NCBI GenBank assembly: GCA_945859975.1 | Contig: CAMAPH010000001.1 | Span: forward strand, 145,070 to 209,069 | Direction of reading: 5' to 3' | Source of the DNA: Chthonomonas calidirosea | Lineage (GTDB): Bacteria; Armatimonadota; Fimbriimonadia; Fimbriimonadales; Fimbriimonadaceae | Length of the DNA: 64,000 bases | Shown here: piece after piece, positions 59,567 to 64,000 of the stretch | How the letters are laid out: every line of letters starts with the position of its first letter | Numbering within the stretch: position 1 is the first letter of the stretch | Notes under the pieces: model-generated | The model's database searches: none | What the model saw: the letters and a program-made list of their open reading frames with translations, nothing else | What the model was told of the DNA's origin: nothing | Program-made: the position numbers and the translations under genes

Positions 59567-61933
59567 ATGCGAAAAGTGTTCGGGAGTTTTATTGCGTTTG
59601 CGATGTTGGCAAGCAGTTGGGGTGCGCCGGTGAGGACGCCCGGCCCACTGAGCCTTTGGTACCCGGAGGCAGCGCCGACGTGGCTGCATGCCTTGCCGCT
59701 CGGGAACGGGCGCATCGGAGCGATGGTCTTTGGCGGGGTGGCAAAGGAGCAAGTCATGCTCAACGAGACTTCGCTTTGGTCCGGCGGTCCGAAGAATTGG
59801 GATAACCCGGACGCCAAGGCACAAATTCCGCTTATTCGAGCGGCCCTAGCGAAGGAAGATTACGCGCTGGCCCAGGCGCTCACCCAAAAAATGCAGGGGC
59901 CGTACACTCAGTCGTACGTTCCGCTGGGTGATTTTGATATTGAGTTTGATCTGCCAAGCGGACCGGTAACCGGCTACCACCGCGAGTTGCCGCTGGGTGA
60001 TGCGGTCGCAACGACGGAGTTTTCGCAGGGCGGGATCGAATTTCGACGCGAGGCGTTTGTCAGCTATCCCGACAACGTGATCGTTTACCGGTTCACGGCA
60101 TCTAAGCCAGGCGCGATTTCTTTCCGGGCGGCGTTTCGAAGTCAGTGCCCGACCACAGTCCGGGCGCTGGGGGCCAACGGGTTAGCCCTTTTAGGACGTG
60201 CGCCTGCCCATGCCGAACCGAATTATCGGAGCAAAGAGCCAGCGATCGTTTACGACGAAAAGATCGGAATGGGGTTCGCGTCGGCACTGCGAGCGGTGAC
60301 GAGCGGCGGTACGGTTCGGGCGGATGCGAACGGGCTGCGGGTTTCAGGCGCGACCGAAGTGACTTTGATCATCAGCAATTCAACCGGTTTCAAGGGCTTT
60401 GATCAGCATCCCGAGAACGACTCAGAGCGGTCGATGGACCGGGCAAAGAAGACGGTCGAGAAAGCCGCAAAGCGAACTTTTACCGAGTTGAAGTCTCGAC
60501 ACCAAGCGGATCACCGGCGACTCTTTAATCGGGTTTCGATTGACCTCGGTCCGGGCAGAAACGATGTTCCGACGGACCAGCGTGTCATTGATTGGAAGAA
60601 GAACGGCGATGCCGGATTGGAAGCGTTGCTATTCCAATACGGTCGGTACTTGCTGATTGCGAGCAGCCGCAAGGGCGGGCAGCCGGCAAACTTGCAAGGC
60701 ATTTGGAACCCAATGATGCGGCCACCCTGGTCGGCCAACTACACCACCAACATCAACGCCCAGATGAACTACTGGCCGGTGGAATCCACGAATCTGCCGG
60801 AATGCGCCCAGCCAATGCTCGACTTCATTTCCGAGCTGGCGGTCAACGGGGCAAAGACGGCGAAGACGAATTACGGATGGCGCGGGTGGACGGCACACCA
60901 CAACTCTGATGTTTGGCGGCATACGGCACCGGTGGGTGCCTACGGCGAAGGGTCCCCGACTTGGGCGAACTTCAACTTGGGTGGGGCTTGGATGTCGCTC
61001 CAACTTTGGGAGCACTACACCTTTACGCAGGATCGCGCATTCCTCAAACGGGCGTATCCACTCCTGAAAGGGGCGGCACAGTTTGGACTGGACGCGCTTT
61101 ACGAGAAGGACGGCGTTCTGGTGACGGCACCTTCGGTTTCGGCAGAAAACGTGTTCTTGTTCAACGGGAAAGGCTACGAAGTCTCCGTCGGCACGACCCA
61201 GGACATGGCGATTTTGCGCGCGCTGTTTGGCGTGACGGAGCGGGCAGCGAAGGAGCTTGGCGTCGATCCCGAGTTTCGGGCTGAGCTAGCATTTTCGCGA
61301 GGTCGACTCCGACCGGAAAAGGTGGGTTCGAAGGGGCAACTTGTGGAGTGGTCGCAGGAGTACGGCGAAGCCGAGCCGTTACACCGGCACGTTTCACATT
61401 TGATTGGCGCCTATCCAGCGGCCGACATCACGCCGCAATCACGGCCAGATCTTGCCGCGGCAGTCTCTAAGACTTTGGATCTGCGGGGCGATGACAGCAC
61501 CGGCTGGTCGATGTCCTGGAAGCTTGCGTTGCGTGCGCGGCTGCACGAGCCCGAGGCGGCGCACCGAATGCTGAACTATCTCATTCGGCTTGTTGGATCG
61601 GACAAAACGACGTATGCAGGCGGGGGCGGGGTGTATCCGAATCTGTTCGGTGCGCATCCACCGTTTCAGATCGACGGCAACTTTGGAACAACGGCCGGAA
61701 TGGCCGAGATGCTGGTTCAGTCGCATCGTTCTGACGCAAATGGCAGGGTGATTGTTGAGCTACTGCCCGCGCTGCCAAAAGCTTGGGCAACGGGATCCGT
61801 GAAGGGTTTGCGGGTTCGAGGTGGGGCGACCGTGGACATTGCTTGGCAGAACGGAGAGTTGAAATCGTGGAAGCTGCACGGCAAGCAGGATCGGTTTATT
61901 GTTGAACATCGTGGCTTGACCGTCGCGAAGTGA
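59567..61933 (+). CDS. Alpha-1,2-L-fucosidase-like glycoside hydrolase, GH95
   Basis: Motifs [44 protein letters not shown] and [10 protein letters not shown]. Confidence 0.93.
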   Translation: MRKVFGSFIAFAMLASSWGAPVRTPGPLSLWYPEAAPTWLHALPLGNGRIGAMVFGGVAKEQVMLNETSLWSGGPKNWDNPDAKAQIPLIRAALAKEDYALAQALTQKMQGPYTQSYVPLGDFDIEFDLPSGPVTGYHRELPLGDAVATTEFSQGGIEFRREAFVSYPDNVIVYRFTASKPGAISFRAAFRSQCPTTVRALGANGLALLGRAPAHAEPNYRSKEPAIVYDEKIGMGFASALRAVTSGGTVRADANGLRVSGATEVTLIISNSTGFKGFDQHPENDSERSMDRAKKTVEKAAKRTFTELKSRHQADHRRLFNRVSIDLGPGRNDVPTDQRVIDWKKNGDAGLEALLFQYGRYLLIASSRKGGQPANLQGIWNPMMRPPWSANYTTNINAQMNYWPVESTNLPECAQPMLDFISELAVNGAKTAKTNYGWRGWTAHHNSDVWRHTAPVGAYGEGSPTWANFNLGGAWMSLQLWEHYTFTQDRAFLKRAYPLLKGAAQFGLDALYEKDGVLVTAPSVSAENVFLFNGKGYEVSVGTTQDMAILRALFGVTERAAKELGVDPEFRAELAFSRGRLRPEKVGSKGQLVEWSQEYGEAEPLHRHVSHLIGAYPAADITPQSRPDLAAAVSKTLDLRGDDSTGWSMSWKLALRARLHEPEAAHRMLNYLIRLVGSDKTTYAGGGGVYPNLFGAHPPFQIDGNFGTTAGMAEMLVQSHRSDANGRVIVELLPALPKAWATGSVKGLRVRGGATVDIAWQNGELKSWKLHGKQDRFIVEHRGLTVAK

Positions 61934-61952
61934 TGCGTTAGTATGGGCGGCG

Positions 61953-62396
61953 ATGGAACCCACATTTGTGACCGAGCCGCCCCGACGCATCGTTGGGCTC
62001 GAGTACGTTGGCGACAATGCCAACAAAGAGATCAAAGCTCTGTGGGGAACATTTGAGCCCCGAATTCCTGAAGTCAAGATTAGCGGGGATTTCTATGGCG
62101 CGGTTCGAATGAACGACGCTTTACCCGCGGGCCAGTTCGAATACTTGGCCGGCGTGGAATCGGACGGAGAGGTTCCCGAGGGGCTGACGGAATGGCAGTT
62201 ACCTGGCGGCCAGTATGCCAAGGTTGAGTGCCCTGACCTTAGCCAGTTGATGCCGATCATCCATGGCTTTTACAGCGAGTGGCTTCCGGCAAGCGAATAT
62301 GTCAGCGGCGGAGCGCCGACCCTGGAGTTCTATCCGGAGTCGTTCCCGGCAGAACCGGGAATATCTGTGCTGTTCTCGGTTAAGCCGAAAGCCTAA
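61953..62396 (+). CDS. GyrI-like small-molecule-binding domain protein
   Basis: Motifs IVGLEY, FEYLAGV, LPGGQYAK, YSEWLPASEY and LEFYP. Confidence 0.85.
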   Translation: MEPTFVTEPPRRIVGLEYVGDNANKEIKALWGTFEPRIPEVKISGDFYGAVRMNDALPAGQFEYLAGVESDGEVPEGLTEWQLPGGQYAKVECPDLSQLMPIIHGFYSEWLPASEYVSGGAPTLEFYPESFPAEPGISVLFSVKPKA

Positions 62397-63217
62397 AAAT
62401 CAGAAAGCCAGTCAACGAGCAAATTGCCCCAGTTTTTGAGGCCGCGTTCTTTGGTTCGGAGGCCATATCCGTGCCCGCCTTTCGGGAACAGGTGGAACTC
62501 GACGGGGACATTTTTGGATTTACAGGCTGCGGTGTAGGTCAATGCGCTTTGGACTGGGATGGGGTCATCCATGGTGTGCACGAGGAAGGTAGGTGGGGTG
62601 CTTGGAGACACGGGCAACTCGTCTTTAAGCGTCGATTCACCGTCGTTCACCAAGTAGGCGGTGTAGACGAGGACGGTGAAATCGGCGCGGCTGGAGCTTT
62701 GGTCGATCGCATCTACCTTCGTGTAGGTGGGCTCGTTGGTGCTCGTGACGGCGGCGAGGTGTCCCCCGGCAGAGAAGCCCATTATGCCAATCTTGCTTGC
62801 ATCCTTAGATCGGCTCCGAAGAATGCGGAGGGCGCGGTGGGCGTCTTGCATTGGGGCAAGATGGAGCGGATTGTCTTGCTCTCGGTTCGGCAGGCGATAC
62901 TTTAGGACGGCAGCATGAATTCCCTTTGAGTTTAGGAACTCGGCAATTTCGGTGCCTTCGTGCTCAATCGCTTCGATCCAGTAACCGCCGCCAGGGCACA
63001 CGAGGACAGTCGGCGCGTTCGGCTTGGCGCTCGACGACTTAAATATTTGCAGGGTGGGTTTCGAAACGTTTTTGACGATTTTGAAATTCGACTTTTCGTC
63101 GAACTCGGTCACTTCAGTGTCGGTTCGGGTCCAGCCGTTCGGATTTCCCGAGGGCCAGAGGTCGATTGTTTCGAGGGGTTGCGTCATTGCCAAACTCAGA
63201 ACCGCGGCTAGAACCAT
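62393..63217 (-). CDS. Alpha/beta hydrolase (acetyl-xylan/pectin esterase-like, BD-FAE type)
   Basis: Motifs VCPGGGY, VLKYRLP, IMGFSAGGHLA, PPTFLVH and GGHGYG. Confidence 0.88.
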   Translation of the reverse strand: MVLAAVLSLAMTQPLETIDLWPSGNPNGWTRTDTEVTEFDEKSNFKIVKNVSKPTLQIFKSSSAKPNAPTVLVCPGGGYWIEAIEHEGTEIAEFLNSKGIHAAVLKYRLPNREQDNPLHLAPMQDAHRALRILRSRSKDASKIGIMGFSAGGHLAAVTSTNEPTYTKVDAIDQSSSRADFTVLVYTAYLVNDGESTLKDELPVSPSTPPTFLVHTMDDPIPVQSALTYTAACKSKNVPVEFHLFPKGGHGYGLRTKERGLKNWGNLLVDWLSDF

Positions 63218-63425
63218 GGTTCTAGGATGTTAGCGCGAATGGTCGGGTTTGGATTGGCGGTCTATGGGTTGATTTTTGGCGCACCGCCACATGTTTCCGC
63301 TCGAACTGGCGTAATGCCTGGCATTTTCTGGAGATGAGCGCGACAAAGAACAGGGGAAATCTCGTCGTTTCTTTGCTAGCAATATTCCCGGACGTGATAT
63401 GTTTTAGGGAGCGAGTAGGAAATTG

Positions 63426-64000
63426 ATGAAACAAACTTGTCAGCTTTGGATTTTTGCCGCCACGTTGGTTGCCCTTTCGGGGTGCGGTGGAAGCGACGGC
63501 TCAGCCTCGGCCCAGGCGAGTAACGCGAGCGTGCAGTGGACAGAAGAGCTGCTGACAAGCGCGAGCAACTCTACGATCGGGCCACCCGCTATCGCACGAT
63601 CGTTGGGGATTGTTTCCACGGCGGGTTTTGACGCCTGGGCGGCGTACGACGCGAAAGCCATTGGGACAAGACTTGGCGGTTCGCTGCGTCGTCCGGCGGC
63701 GGAACGAACGGTTGCCAACAAGCAGAAGGCGATTAGCTACGCGATGTATCGCACCCTTCTGAACCTATATCCGTCGCAGGCGGACCGATTCCGGGCGAAG
63801 ATGGTCGCCTTCGGCTACGACCCCGATGACGCTTCGGAATCTCTCACGACCCCACAGGGAATCGGAAATCACGTTGCAGCGAAGCTGATTGAGTACCGGC
63901 GAAATGACGGCGCGAATCAGAGCGGAAACTACGCGGATACGACGGGTTATGTGCCGGTCAATACGCCGGATGTTGTGAACGATCCAAGTAAGTGGCAGCC
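63426..64000 (+). CDS. Vanadium-dependent haloperoxidase-like (DUF6851-type N-terminus) lipoprotein, truncated at the window end
   Basis: Manual translation gives MKQTCQLWIFAATLVALSG-C (lipobox), GPPAIARSLGIV, GFDAWAAYD, AISYAMYRTL, PQGIGN, RRNDGANQ and YADTTGYVPVN. The catalytic C-terminal half lies outside the window. Confidence 0.75.
   Translation, partial: MKQTCQLWIFAATLVALSGCGGSDGSASAQASNASVQWTEELLTSASNSTIGPPAIARSLGIVSTAGFDAWAAYDAKAIGTRLGGSLRRPAAERTVANKQKAISYAMYRTLLNLYPSQADRFRAKMVAFGYDPDDASESLTTPQGIGNHVAAKLIEYRRNDGANQSGNYADTTGYVPVNTPDVVNDPSKWQ

Overview
Bacterial chromosome segment with GC-rich core genes. It is most consistent with Armatimonadota (Fimbriimonadaceae-like); this is inferred from the prepilin/DG-tail protein, the SBP-permease fusion, the Tat-exported Gfo/Idh/MocA proteins and the many PhyH and sugar ABC genes. 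Left to right it holds: a TPR-sulfotransferase (truncated at the left edge) with a prepilin-like gene, a small lipoprotein and cysD-cysNC; an ilvBNC-ilvA-ilvD operon behind an unannotated Val/Leu/Ile leader peptide and attenuator; a patch of small ORFans rich in REP-like palindromes (15.8-18.9 kb); three ATPase-less carbohydrate ABC importers; an RND pump with MarR; GH109, GH29, GH5 and GH95 glycosidases plus a probably inactive GH-A-like protein; kynU; two PhyH dioxygenases; an AT-richer SF2 helicase insertion; and a vanadium haloperoxidase-like lipoprotein (truncated at the right edge). The most unusual signals are: (1) a 57-bp double-TTAATTAA element with 10-bp-period flanks, present twice in inverted orientation about 33.6 kb apart; (2) a helicase with a duplicated N-terminal domain, bracketed by a decayed duplicate of the cellulase promoter and 5' end; (3) PAPS-synthesis genes clustered with a sulfotransferase and a Tyr-rich pilin-like protein; (4) -10 boxes directly abutting start codons, suggesting widespread leaderless mRNA. 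I saw no rRNA, tRNA, CRISPR array, integrase or transposase. All calls come from motif recognition by eye; no database searches were run.
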